Shown here one piece after another: positions 38,773 through 50,139 of a DNA stretch of 64,000 nucleotides. This DNA comes from Saccostrea cucullata (Eukaryota), in the NCBI RefSeq assembly GCF_032062105.1, contig NW_026930315.1, positions 310,001 through 374,000 on the forward strand, written 5' to 3'. The position numbers and the translations under genes were made by a program. The notes beneath the pieces were generated by a model. It saw only the letters and a program-made list of their open reading frames with translations. It was not told the origin of the DNA and did no database searches. Each line of letters starts with the position of its first letter. The stretch's first letter is position 1.

Positions 38773-39867
38773 TTATGCTATAGGAACACAATATTGCCGT
38801 GAAGTTTTGAAACTTCGATAATTATTAAATTCGGTCTCCACATTGCCAACAGGTATAACTGTATGGGACGCATGTGTAACCTTCCCATCGGAACCAGATA
38901 AATGCATGAAGCCATCAGTCCTAACAGTTTGAGTATAACTACTGCTTGAGTGTGTTGACTTATTGATAAAGTCTGCACTATGTCTGAAATACTCTGAAAC
39001 CTGGCCTCTGTTGGTGTCGCAATGCCCTCTACCAGATTGAAATGTGCTCCCAGGTACTCTATATGTTGGGATGGCACTAGAGACGACTTTTCCCAATTCA
39101 CTAATAATCCCAGCTCCTGAACTAGATGTAATACATAGTCTCTCTGTTGAAGAAGAGTTCTCTTGTCTGGATTGATCATCAACCAATCGTCTAGGTACAT
39201 GAATATTTGGATTATCATTTTTCTCAAGTGTGCCGCTAGAACTGCCATTATCTTTGTGAAGACCCTTGGAGCAGAACGAAGTCCAAATGGCATTGCTCGA
39301 AACTGGTAACTCTGGCCTAGAAATCTGAATCTTAGAAATTTCTGGAAATCTGTGTGAATTGGAATGTGGAAATAGGCATCTGTCAAATCTAGTGAGATTG
39401 CAAAGTCCCCTTTTTTCATTGCTTTCATTATGGAACACAAAGTTTCCATTTTGAAATGTCGAGGCACTATTAACTGATTTAGAGGTTTTAGATTTAGAAT
39501 TGTCCGAAGCCCTCCTTGTTTCTTTGGCACCACAAAAATGGTGCTGTAAAACCCTTCGTTTTCTTGCCCTGCAGGCACAGGTTCTATAACATTTTTTCCT
39601 GACAACATGTTTATTTCTGCTAAAATAACTGATTCGTGAATACCATATCTTGGTACACATGTTTCCTTGATATTTACATTGGGTTGAATCATTAATTCCA
39701 ATTTTAACCCTTCCCTTAGGGTTTCTATTACCCACTGATCCTGCGTGATTACGGTCCACTTCCTGTGGAATTCTAGCAAACGGGCCCCTACCTGGGGAAA
39801 CATATTTACAGACTGGCTGTTTATGAGATTTACTTCCTTGGAGTTGGAAACCCTTTCTGGTTCCCAA
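38773..39867 (-). CDS. DIRS overlapping alternate-frame ORF (probably the N-terminal extension of the tyrosine-recombinase ORF; truncated)
   Basis: 364 open codons overlapping RT in another frame; long ORF overlap is typical of DIRS1-like elements. Confidence 0.55.
   Translation of the reverse strand: MGTRKGFQLQGSKSHKQPVCKYVSPGRGPFARIPQEVDRNHAGSVGNRNPKGRVKIGINDSTQCKYQGNMCTKIWYSRISYFSRNKHVVRKKCYRTCACRARKRRVLQHHFCGAKETRRASDNSKSKTSKSVNSASTFQNGNFVFHNESNEKRGLCNLTRFDRCLFPHSNSHRFPEISKIQISRPELPVSSNAIWTSFCSKGLHKDNGSSSGTLEKNDNPNIHVPRRLVDDQSRQENSSSTERLCITSSSGAGIISELGKVVSSAIPTYRVPGSTFQSGRGHCDTNRGQVSEYFRHSADFINKSTHSSSSYTQTVRTDGFMHLSGSDGKVTHASHTVIPVGNVETEFNNYRSFKTSRQYCVPIA
38778..39803 (-). CDS. DIRS-type reverse transcriptase, 3'-truncated before RNase H
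   Basis: FYSTIFVVPKK.GGLR.ILNLK.LN, HFKMET, LDLTDAYFHIPI, MPFGLRSAPRVFTK and YLDDW motifs. Confidence 0.92.
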   Translation of the reverse strand: MFPQVGARLLEFHRKWTVITQDQWVIETLREGLKLELMIQPNVNIKETCVPRYGIHESVILAEINMLSGKNVIEPVPAGQENEGFYSTIFVVPKKQGGLRTILNLKPLNQLIVPRHFKMETLCSIMKAMKKGDFAISLDLTDAYFHIPIHTDFQKFLRFRFLGQSYQFRAMPFGLRSAPRVFTKIMAVLAAHLRKMIIQIFMYLDDWLMINPDKRTLLQQRDYVLHLVQELGLLVNWEKSSLVPSQHIEYLGAHFNLVEGIATPTEARFQSISDIVQTLSISQHTQAVVILKLLGLMASCIYLVPMGRLHMRPIQLYLLAMWRPNLIIIEVSKLHGNIVFL

Positions 39868-41593
39868 AGGTTCGCCTGGAAAAAGAATTTTTCCTGTTCC
39901 CTTGTCCTGAACGAAAATTGTCCTTGCTGTGATCAGAACTTAAGGCATTAGTCTCATTAGACTTAGGGACTTTTGCAGAATGAGCAGAGGTCTCATTTAC
40001 ATCTGCTTTCCTCTTTCTGCTCAACTCGGTAGAGTTCCTATTCTCTCTACTCTTGTAGTTCTTATTATAACCCTTTGATGCGTTGTAAACATTTTGGGTT
40101 TCTCTAGCATCTCGTAGATTCTCTGCAGAAGTATGGAGAGAATCAAAGTACTGTCCATTAAACAACTGGTTGCCAAAAATGGGTAGTTTTAGCAATTTCT
40201 TCTCCGTTGCCTTGCTTATAAAATCTACATTTTTAAGAAAAACTTTTCTTCTACTCAAGACTGAATTTGCCATCACTCTTGCTGTCAAATCAGCCATGCT
40301 TCTGAAACAGTTGATGAGGGCTTTACGTCCTTCCACTCGATCATCCTCACATTCAGCCTCATCTAAGAAAGCTGCTATCATAGTGCCATATGAAATGGCT
40401 CTGAATAAGGCTCTTGCTGAATTGTCAATTCGCCGAAAGTCATTATCTAACTCCTTATGAAAAGGAGAAAGATTCACTTTTGATTTTCCAAAACTACCCT
40501 TCTGGCCTACTACTAATCCCTCCTCAATGTTGTCATCCAACTTTGGAGGATTACAAAAGGCGTCAAAGTCATCCTTTTTAACCATAAATGCTTTATCATC
40601 TCTGCCACGTACTGACCTATTTTTCAAATGCCCCGAAGTAGCTTCTTTCTCAACCGTCTTAATCATATCAATGAGTGTTCCTTCAATAGGCATTTTAAGG
40701 AGAGACTTTTTCTTGTCACTCTTGTCTCCCTTCAATCGCGAAGAAATAAATGATTTTCTTTCATTTTCTAATGGATCCTCAGCTTCAAGATCAATATTGA
40801 GCACTTTTGCCATCTTTGAAACAAAACTGTTCCACTGTAGCGGATCAGAAGAATCTGGTGCACCAAAAGGCACCTCTACGGCCGCATCTGAATTGGTACA
40901 CAAACCACCAAATGATGCATTAGAATCTATATCCTCAAAATCATTATCTCGTGCATTAACAGACAACACATCTGCAACACTGGACTCAAAGGCTGACATT
41001 TGTTCATCATAAGCCTTAAACTTGTCAAAATGAGGTCTGCTAATGGTTGCCGTTTTGGAATTGGTGGTCTCATTTCCTCTGGTCAACCTTGCCTCGTTTG
41101 CTGCCAATGCCGATATGTTATGTTGATCATTAAAATTTTCATCAACATTCTTTTGTTTAAGTAACAATTCGACTTGCTGTCTTACTTGTTCTTGAATAAT
41201 TGCGGATAAATCCACGACGTCGGGTCTGTTACGTTCGGCATTCAGTAAGGCATTGTCGTTTGACTCCTGGACTGCCGCCTCCACAGACGGACTTACATCC
41301 TGCACTGCCATGCCGTCTCCACAGACGGACTGAGGCACCTTACTGTTCATTTTAATTGTTTTCTGTACACTTTTCTCGATCATCTTCGTTATTTTATCCC
41401 GCCGTTCCTTAGACCAGGTTTTACAAGTGTCACATGGAAAGGCCTCGTTACAGAGACGATGTTTATAACAAAAAACGTGATCATCTAGAATGTTCATCTT
41501 ACCCGAACATTTAGAACAGTCTTTAAACTCTTTCTCCATAATTACAACGGGATAAACGCTTCCAAAAACGCCAATATAAACTTTATTTTGCAC
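39830..41593 (-). CDS. DIRS gag-like ORF1 (the true start may be the MEKEF Met)
   Basis: N-terminal Cys/His cluster (CSKC..H..C..H..C..C..C); LPIFGNQLF motif near the C-terminus; lies immediately upstream of the DIRS RT. Confidence 0.75.
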   Translation of the reverse strand: MQNKVYIGVFGSVYPVVIMEKEFKDCSKCSGKMNILDDHVFCYKHRLCNEAFPCDTCKTWSKERRDKITKMIEKSVQKTIKMNSKVPQSVCGDGMAVQDVSPSVEAAVQESNDNALLNAERNRPDVVDLSAIIQEQVRQQVELLLKQKNVDENFNDQHNISALAANEARLTRGNETTNSKTATISRPHFDKFKAYDEQMSAFESSVADVLSVNARDNDFEDIDSNASFGGLCTNSDAAVEVPFGAPDSSDPLQWNSFVSKMAKVLNIDLEAEDPLENERKSFISSRLKGDKSDKKKSLLKMPIEGTLIDMIKTVEKEATSGHLKNRSVRGRDDKAFMVKKDDFDAFCNPPKLDDNIEEGLVVGQKGSFGKSKVNLSPFHKELDNDFRRIDNSARALFRAISYGTMIAAFLDEAECEDDRVEGRKALINCFRSMADLTARVMANSVLSRRKVFLKNVDFISKATEKKLLKLPIFGNQLFNGQYFDSLHTSAENLRDARETQNVYNASKGYNKNYKSRENRNSTELSRKRKADVNETSAHSAKVPKSNETNALSSDHSKDNFRSGQGNRKNSFSRRTFGNQKGFPTPRK

Positions 41594-43095
41594 AGTATGA
41601 GGAAAACCGCATGTCCAATATGGCGTCGAGAGAAAACTGAAGAGTTATAGTTAAGGGGGATAACTGGAGGTGATACCGTAGTTACTCTAAAAAAATATAT
41701 CGACGCATTGTATGGGGAACTAGAGGGAAATTGCAAATAGTTAAGGAGGCAGGTAAGTGTAAATATCTCATGAACACGGATTTTACCCCCAAAAATCCAA
41801 ATCTCCTCCCCTTTTCCAATTTATTTTTTAAAACACTGCTGACAATTCTCTTAGCTTACTAAAACAAAAGAATGTACAGACCAATTTATGAATGTGATTA
41901 ATGAAAATTCATATATTTTGGTAAACCAATTGCTGATGTAAATCTATTTCATTTCTACATTTTATCCCAACTTAAGGTTCATCTGGATATTGGTATGTAA
42001 CACACAATATAAGTATTTGATGTTCCTTTTTACATAAATTTACGAAAAGGGTTTTTGCTTTTAAGAAAAGCTATTGATGAGATTTTTTTTTCAAAAAATG
42101 CTCCAAATAGTTGACTATCGTTCGAATAATGCAATTGATGTTCGACTAAGGAAAATAAATATTTTGACATCCCTTGTTTTATTAATTGGGTATTCATGCC
42201 AAATATGAAGTGTAAATCTTCCATGCTTCAAAAGTTACGGCAATTGAAAGGTAAAAGTTTGCAGAAAAAAGGATATTTTTAGCAAAAAGGTCACATTCAA
42301 GGTCACAAGGGCATTGTCCTTGGTGTCATTTAAAAGAACTTCATTAGTGGAGTATGCATACCAAATATGAAGTCCTGTCTCTCATGGTTCAAAAGTTATG
42401 GCAAAGTTTAAAGTTTCAGACAAGAAGACAGACAGACAGAACAAAAACAATATACGCCCCGGATCTATCGATACGGGCACATATTAATCTTCAAAAATTT
42501 TCCTAGAGAACACGATTTCCATGATAAGTACTTTTATACGGAACTAATGGAACGATCCTCAGGTTGTTTAGATTCAGGTTTGTTCAAATTATGACCCCCG
42601 GGGTTAAAGTGAGGCCAAAATGAGCGATTTAAGTTTTGAATATGTATACGAATAAATCTCCAGAACAAAAAAAGGTTTTGTTCAGTAAACTGACACGTAA
42701 GGATCTGCAAGTAGTGACTATTTGGATTTATTTACATGTAAGTAATGTCCTGGGGGAAATGGGGGGGGGGGGTATTGAGCCAGAGGGGTTACAGTTGGAG
42801 ATCAAGCCATATGTTAGAAAAATCTTTTGAAATGTTTTTTTTAAATATGACAAAGTTACCCCCTGGTTCATGATTTGAACAAGCTTGAATGTACACTACC
42901 TGACGATGCTTCCACTTGTGTTTCGTCTTTCCTGGCCGAATGGTTTTTGAGAAGAAGATTTTTCCTATGTAAAGTATTTACATTTAATATAATTATATAT
43001 TTAGTATATTCTCCAGTAATAGAAAATTAACCCACCCACCCTCCCCAACAAGTAATACTGAGCTGATTTGTGTATTTAACTTATCCTTGTGCTCA

Positions 43096-44865
43096 GGCCA
43101 AAAAAAAAAATACCTGTGTTTCCGGTTACCCGACCGACCCTAATTTTACGCGCCGACCCTAGCACTTTTTATTGCAAATCCGGATTACGTACCGTAATTT
43201 GTTCTAAAACTACAGTCTTCAAAACGCGCGCAGTTAAAAGGGCACTTGTAACCATAGACCTACATAAATAAAAACGTCTTTTCAAGCATTTTAAGATTAT
43301 ACATGCGTAGATAATAGCTCTTTTCCCCTTAGATCGTTCCCTCCTTTACCCTTTTTTGACTTTTGACACTTAGCATCCAACCCTAATAAGACTTTTGACC
43401 AAATCGATGTTGACACGTGTGTATATTTTCATTGTTGATTTGACTTGAAATTACCGCTTGTTTTTAAATTATCAGAGCACAGGTGGCCACCTGCAGGTTA
43501 ACAATAGATTACTGCATCATACTACAGTTGGAAATCACATGATTTACTTGTTTAAAAAAACATATGAATCGGAAAGTCCCACCAAAATTCTAAATGGCGG
43601 ACTGTTACTTACGATTTTTTTTTAGCATATAACTCAGTCAATACGCAATATTTTCTTATCCAGTAAAGCATTACACGAAATTCAAGCTATCAACTACGTA
43701 TTCCTTGAAAGGTTTGATAATTTTAATGATCTACACGTGTAATATACTTCAATATAAGATACAAAAATTTTGTGAAATTCGGGACCGCGCAGTGCCGATT
43801 TCGTTACCTGTTTCTCAGAGATTCAGAAGATATCTTCCATTTTACGCATAGTTATAAATGTAAAGGTGTAGATAATAATTTTTTAATAGAATTTGATCAT
43901 TAAAATATTCTAAAACGAATAGAAATCAAGTTTTATCATACAAGTTTGAAAATTTGTTGGCGAGATTGACATTGTAGTATCACTACAATTATTGATTTCT
44001 GAGGAATCAAACTTATAAAATGGATAATAAATAATAATTTAATCATTAATTACAATATCACACATAAATTTCATAGTTTTTAAAGACAATTTTTGCATAT
44101 TAATTTGTTTAAAAATATCTATTTTGCGATTTACACCTGCTTTCACCTGAATTATTTACTTATAGAAAATTACAATAAAAATTCTGTAAATAGATGAGAA
44201 AAATTTAATTTTTTACGAATCCAATGATATATAATACATAGCATAAAAGAATTGTTTGACCCCTATTAGCATGATTAGTTCAGTTTTAAAATGCACTCCA
44301 ATTCATTTAAAACGCTGTAAGGGGCAGCCACTAGGCAAACACTCTAGGAATATGGCTAGTGTGTAAAATTGTGGCCCCAGATGTATTGCATCACTTATTT
44401 TATATGTACATCACTTAACTCAAAGTCCACCACATGTTGTCATTGGGTTTAAGCTCAAGAAATGTCCACACTCACACGAAATTACTGCAATATATAACTT
44501 TCTTTGGCACTGGACTGTGGGAAATTTATTTGGAGGTCGAGGTAGAAGTAGGCCTGAAAAACAATCTTGAATTCTTTATTTTACTTTTTTGTTAAATGTG
44601 ACAAAATTTTATTATTAAATTGTGATTAAAATTCAAATGTCTTTTTCTGTAAATCAATTTCTTGCAATTGGTTCTGCTACCTAACTCTAGAAAACAAAAT
44701 ACTACTTGTTAATATCTAATATCATATACAGTTTACCTAAAAAACAGTCAAATATAATGTTCAGTTAAAATAAAAAGTAAAAGTAAAAAAAAAAGTAATT
44801 GCCTACCTACCTACCCTAATTTTGAGGGACATGTTACTGGAAACACACATATTTTTTTGGGGGCC
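43096..44865. mobile_element. PIF/Harbinger-like non-autonomous element inserted in a HINE 3' end
   Basis: GGCC-AAAAAA..GTGTTTCC TIRs; 3-bp TSD TCA; removing it restores GTGCTCAGGTGAGCGATGTGGCC. Confidence 0.75.
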
Positions 44866-45090
44866 TCAGGTGAGCGATGTGGCCCATGAGCCTCTTCTTT
44901 TTCGAAAATTATTGCTGAGGGGGTTTGAACCCATGGCATTTTAGATGACAGACTTGAGTTCTCTACAGACTGAGCTAACATGATGGATATTTTTGTATGT
45001 GTTGTAGAACTTTAGAATATAAATGATTTTATCCTTAATATCATTAGCCAGTAATTAATTATATTATTAAAACTTTTTTTTCATTTACAG

Positions 45091-46242
45091 AGGGGAAATG
45101 CAACTCTTCCATCCATATCACTTACTCGATTTGTGTCACATAATGAAAGCAACGCTGAAAAGTTAAACAACTATAGTGGAAACGACAATCAAACAGAAGT
45201 ATTAGAAATGTGTACCAATATACATATAGGTAAAGAGCCTCATGAAAGTTACATCAGTAGGAAAGATTCGACTCGTCCAGATCATTTTCGGAAACAAAGT
45301 TTGAAACTTACGGGTCATAAACTTTATGAATGTGTTTTTTGTGAGAAGGTATTCAAGCATCAAGGTAATTTCCAGACACATATGAGGATACATACAGGTG
45401 AAAAACCTTATGCATGTGACGTATGCAGAAAGGCATTCAAAACAGCAGATCACTTAAAGAGACACATGAGTGTGCATAGTGACGAGAAACCTCATAAATG
45501 TGATTTGTGTGAGAAGGCATACAAACAATTTACAGCTTTACAGGTACATATGAGGATACATACAGGCGATAAACCATATAAATGTAAGGTTTGTGGGAAG
45601 GCATTCTCTGTGTCAGACTCGTTAAAGAAACACATGAGGACACATACAGGTGAGAAACCTTATGAATGCGATTTGTGCGGAAGATCATTCTCAGAATTAT
45701 GTAGCTTACAGAAACACATTAAGAGACATAGCGATGATAAACCTTACCAATGCACGTTGTGTGTAAAAGCATTTCATGATAAACATCTTTTCAATCAACA
45801 CTCGAGCACGCACACAGGTGATAAGCTTTATAAATGTGATGTGTGTGGAAAGCAATTCTCTGCTTCAGGAAACTTACAGAGGCACATGATGATACATACA
45901 GGTGAAAAACCTTACGTATGTGATGTGTGTGGAAAAGCATTCTCAGAGTTATCTAATTTACGGAAACACATTAGGAGACATAGTGATGATAAACCTTACC
46001 TATGTGAATTGTGTAAAAAAGCATTTAGTGTGAAACATGTTTTGAATCAACACATGAGAATACACACAGGTGACAAGCCTTATAAATGCGATGTGTGTGG
46101 AAAGGAGTTTTCTGTATCAGGAAACTTACAGACGCACATGAAGATACATACAGGCGAAAAACCTTATGTATGTGATGTGTGCGGGAGAAAATTCTCAGTA
46201 TTATGTAACTTACAGAAACACATTAAGAGACATAGCAATTAA
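45091..46242 (+). CDS. Gene B terminal zinc-finger exon (11 C2H2 fingers)
   Basis: Polypyrimidine tract and tttacag acceptor, phase 0, in frame with ORF 45133..46242. Confidence 0.9.
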   Translation, partial: RGNATLPSISLTRFVSHNESNAEKLNNYSGNDNQTEVLEMCTNIHIGKEPHESYISRKDSTRPDHFRKQSLKLTGHKLYECVFCEKVFKHQGNFQTHMRIHTGEKPYACDVCRKAFKTADHLKRHMSVHSDEKPHKCDLCEKAYKQFTALQVHMRIHTGDKPYKCKVCGKAFSVSDSLKKHMRTHTGEKPYECDLCGRSFSELCSLQKHIKRHSDDKPYQCTLCVKAFHDKHLFNQHSSTHTGDKLYKCDVCGKQFSASGNLQRHMMIHTGEKPYVCDVCGKAFSELSNLRKHIRRHSDDKPYLCELCKKAFSVKHVLNQHMRIHTGDKPYKCDVCGKEFSVSGNLQTHMKIHTGEKPYVCDVCGRKFSVLCNLQKHIKRHSN

Positions 46243-46664
46243 AAACCTTACCTTTGAAACCCTTGTGAATGTGACGTTTGTTGGATTGCATTCACTCAAT
46301 TACGTAATTTACGGAGTCACATGAGGAGACATATTGGTGATGAACATTATATAAATGTGAGGAATATGGAAATAGAATTAAGGCATTTAAATAACTTTCA
46401 GGGACACATGTTGACACATACGCAATAAACCATTTCACTATAATATATTTACATTCGCTGTGTTTTTCTAGTAAGCTTACTGTGAAATTGATTTGAAAAA
46501 CGTTTTTGTGTATACTCACGCGTAGAAATATACACGGAGAAACGTGCGTTAACTTGACGTCACAATGAGATTGCAGCGACGTTAGTAAAATGCAATAATA
46601 TAGGACAGCGAGGAATTCAAATCTTGAGTATATTTTAGTTGCCTCCAAACGGGTAAAATGTAAA

Positions 46665-46840
46665 TATAAGGAATGTTTTTCAGTTTAGTGTGAATTATTG
46701 GTGTGTGAATCACACACACTTGCACATAGGCATATTTTTCATGAAGCGCTAGCGCGCTTCATGAAATATGCCTACGTGACAAGTCTGTGTGATTCACACA
46801 CCAATAACTCACACAAAACTAAAAAAACATTCCTTAAATG
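46665..46840. repeat. Palindromic element downstream of the gene B stop
   Basis: TAAGGAATGTTTT..GGTGTGTGAATCACAC..ATGAAGCGCTAGCGCGCTTCAT..GTGTGATTCACACACC..AAAACATTCCTTA. Confidence 0.8.
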
Positions 46841-47899
46841 TGTGAGAAGGCATCCAACCAAAAGAAAGAAAATGAGCATTTATCAGAGGCACAAAGTACC
46901 AATAGGGACAAATACAGGTTATAAACCTTATAAATCGTTGTATGTTGGAAGACTTTCACTGTACCGTGAAACTTCAAGAACATACCAGTATCAGGACAAA
47001 TGTAAAGTAAATGGCAGCACAAAGAGTTTGTTAATATATCTTAGTAAGTTGTGCTCATTTTTAATAAATAATTGTCGATTGATGGTCATGGTTAACTTTT
47101 TTTATTCAGAGTTGGTCTTCGTACCTTTTTTTGAAAATGGCGAGAGATATACATCCTGCCATACACTTTCACAAAATAAAATGTACACTCTTTACAAAAA
47201 AAAAAAAGAAAAAAAAAAAAACAGTTAAATCATTCAATTCCTATCATTTTTATGGTTCTTAAGAGTGTTACCATTTTGATGGGTTAATTACACTCAATTT
47301 CTAAGTCATTTGATTCAGGTTTTATCTTTACTGTATGTATATGGTTATAAATAACTCCGAACTTTAACAAAAAGTGGAATTGGTAAGAATTTTTGATTGA
47401 TATTTACCTCCCTTGCGGGGGAATATGTCTCGCTTAATCTCCAAATATTAAAAAAGTTATTTAATTTCAAAAATGTTAATTTTGCTCGGTGATAACTACA
47501 TGATGTTTAACAGAATAAAGTTGCTTTTGTAGCATGTTAGAAGGAGACTTTTAATGAAATTGATATTAGTAGAAGTAAGAAAGTTCAAAAAACAAATTAT
47601 AATGGAGTGTATTTCTTATAATTATCCGTTGTGTTCCCAAACTAACTACGGGAGACTTTGGAGTTTTTTGTCATGCTATAAAAATGAGAAATCTGTGTAA
47701 TAAACTGTCAGTAGGATCTGAAAAATGGAATTTTCTCATTTCTTTAACTGTAATAAATTCAAACATACACATAGTGATTCAGTGGAGCCTCATCTATCCG
47801 GACGCTTTTTTTCCTAGTCATTTTGTCACGATATGTGAAGAGTCCGGATACTTGTAATAAAATTTAACCAAGTCAAAATAACATTTAAAAATTCCCTTC

Positions 47900-50120
47900 C
47901 GATGAAATTAAGTTAAATAAATATGAATATACATTTTTTTACCATATTTATTGTTATTTAACTGTTCATTTCATGGAAATGTAATGACCTGACCAAAAAT
48001 GAATTGACCTGACCAAAACCAAAATCATCAATATAAGTTATATTTTTTGAATATTTTGTTACGTTTCAAAAGGTTTTCTTCATTATTATGGATAATACTT
48101 GAGATAAAATGATTTTAGGAACATTTTTTTGTACCTAAATTATTAGTTCATGTCAATGAATTTTAATTACCTGACCTAATATGAAATGACCTGACCACAA
48201 ATATGAATTGACCTTACCAAAAACCAAAATCATCAATAATAGTTTTTTTTTTTTTAGATATTTGATAAGTTTTAAAGAATTATCTTCATTATAATGGCTA
48301 ATACTTTAAATAAAATGGTTTTAGAATCAATTATTAGTTTATAACAAGGAATTTTAATGATCTGACAGATATTTATATGAAATGACCTGACCCAAAATGA
48401 AATGTCCTGATCGAATAAAAGTTATTGATGATAGCTATTTTTTTTTATATTAGATACATTTTAGAAAATATTCTTCATTATGATGTTTAATACTTGTTGT
48501 AAAATTTAAATGCTTCTAGAAACAGTTTAACCAAAGTTATCAGTATATCATCATGATCATGAAATTTTATTTTATTGACCTGACCAAATATGAAATGACC
48601 TGACCAAATAGAAATCATTAGTTATAGCTCTTTTTTTTTTTTTTAATTAGATACAGTATAGAAGATCGATATTTTTCATTGAAATGTTTCATATTTGAGA
48701 TAAAAATGCTTTAAAAACAAAATTATTTAATATTTTTTTTTAATTGATAAATCATAATTAAATGTATTTTTTATGCACATAAAAAATAAATAACATGTGA
48801 AAACTAATAAGTTATAGCATTTAATAATATACAATTATTGCTGTTTTTTGAGGTCAATATAATAATTTAGACATCTGAGGAGTAAAATATTCACCGAGCC
48901 CGAAGGGCGAGGTGAATATTGTACTTCGAAGATGGCTAAATCATTGTATTGACAAACAAGGGCAATAATTGTTTTATTATATGATTCACTGATAAAATGA
49001 TACAGCTCATTACTTGTTTTCTTGCATTTAATTTAGTCCTAGACAAATACAAGAGAGAAACAGAATTAAAACGTGAATAAACCTAACCATGTAGTCGTAT
49101 CAATTTGAAATGTTTTTTTTTTCAATTTTAATTGCCATGAAAAAAAGAGATATACATGTAATGCCAGTCTTTTTATAGGATAGATTTGAAAGGAAGGAGT
49201 ATTATCAGGGAAAACTGACAGTCAAAAAGTAAAATTTGTTGTGCAGTAAAAGTGTTTAATGGGGGTCCCTGCATCTCCTCTTACCACCCTCACCCTAAAA
49301 TATATATTCGATTATGGGTTTTTTTCAGTTTATATTAGTAGGTAGAGTCGGTCAGGTCTTTATCATTGGACATGGCCATGCAGTCAGGTCATTGCAATAT
49401 ATTGTTGTAATGTCACTAATATTTTTTCAAATGTTTAAAAAAAGATTTAGTATAATTTTTAAATTGTATAAGTACATGTATTAAATACTTTAATTATAGT
49501 TTGTGAAAATTCACATATGTATATAAATTCAAACAGTTTGCTTGGTCAGGTCAATGCAATTTTTTATGTACTAGTTCATATTAAAGTTCATAAATGTGTG
49601 TTTTCGTGACTGAAGTGTTTAATTTATTATAAAATATTATACAATTGATTATGATATAAACATAAAGTATGAAATATTTAAAGAAAGATTTTATGTGATT
49701 TTTTTTTGGTCAGGTCATTTCATATTAGGTCAGGTCATTAAAATTCAATGTTATAAACTAATAATTGAGGTAAAAAATGTTCCTGAAATAATTTTATTTA
49801 AAGTATTAACCATAATAATGAAGAAAATCTTTTAAAATATATCAAAATATTTAAAATATATAACTTATATTGATGATTTTGGTTTTGGTCAGGTCAATTC
49901 ATATTTGGTCAGGTCATTACATTTCCATAAAATGAACAGTTAAATAACAATAAATATGGTAAAAATGTGTATATTAATATTTATTTAACTTAATTTTCAT
50001 TTTATTGTGAAGAAAATATCCTTAAAAATATGATAATTGGTCTTAAAATAGTGATTTTTGACGAATTTTATGTTGGTCATGTCAGTCAGGTCTGTAGTAG
50101 GTCAGGTCTTTAGTATCTCC
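47900..50120. mobile_element. Foldback-like element with long inverted arms rich in TGACCTGACC
   Basis: 47900-48200 is the reverse complement of about 49710-50000; central hairpin at 48855-48952. Confidence 0.7.
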
Positions 50121-50139
50121 CTTTGTGTACACAAGAAAG

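Larger units (their letters stand above)
38162..42174. mobile_element. hAT-like TIR shell enclosing a DIRS fragment
   Basis: TAGGGATGTCAA and TTGACATCCCT ends with subterminal TCGACTA/TTCGAAT repeats; no clear TSD. Confidence 0.6.

Noticed and set aside
40170-41012. Plus-strand ORFs opposite the DIRS gag (and 28988, 30455 opposite the LINE)
   Set aside because: Antisense shadows of TE ORFs.
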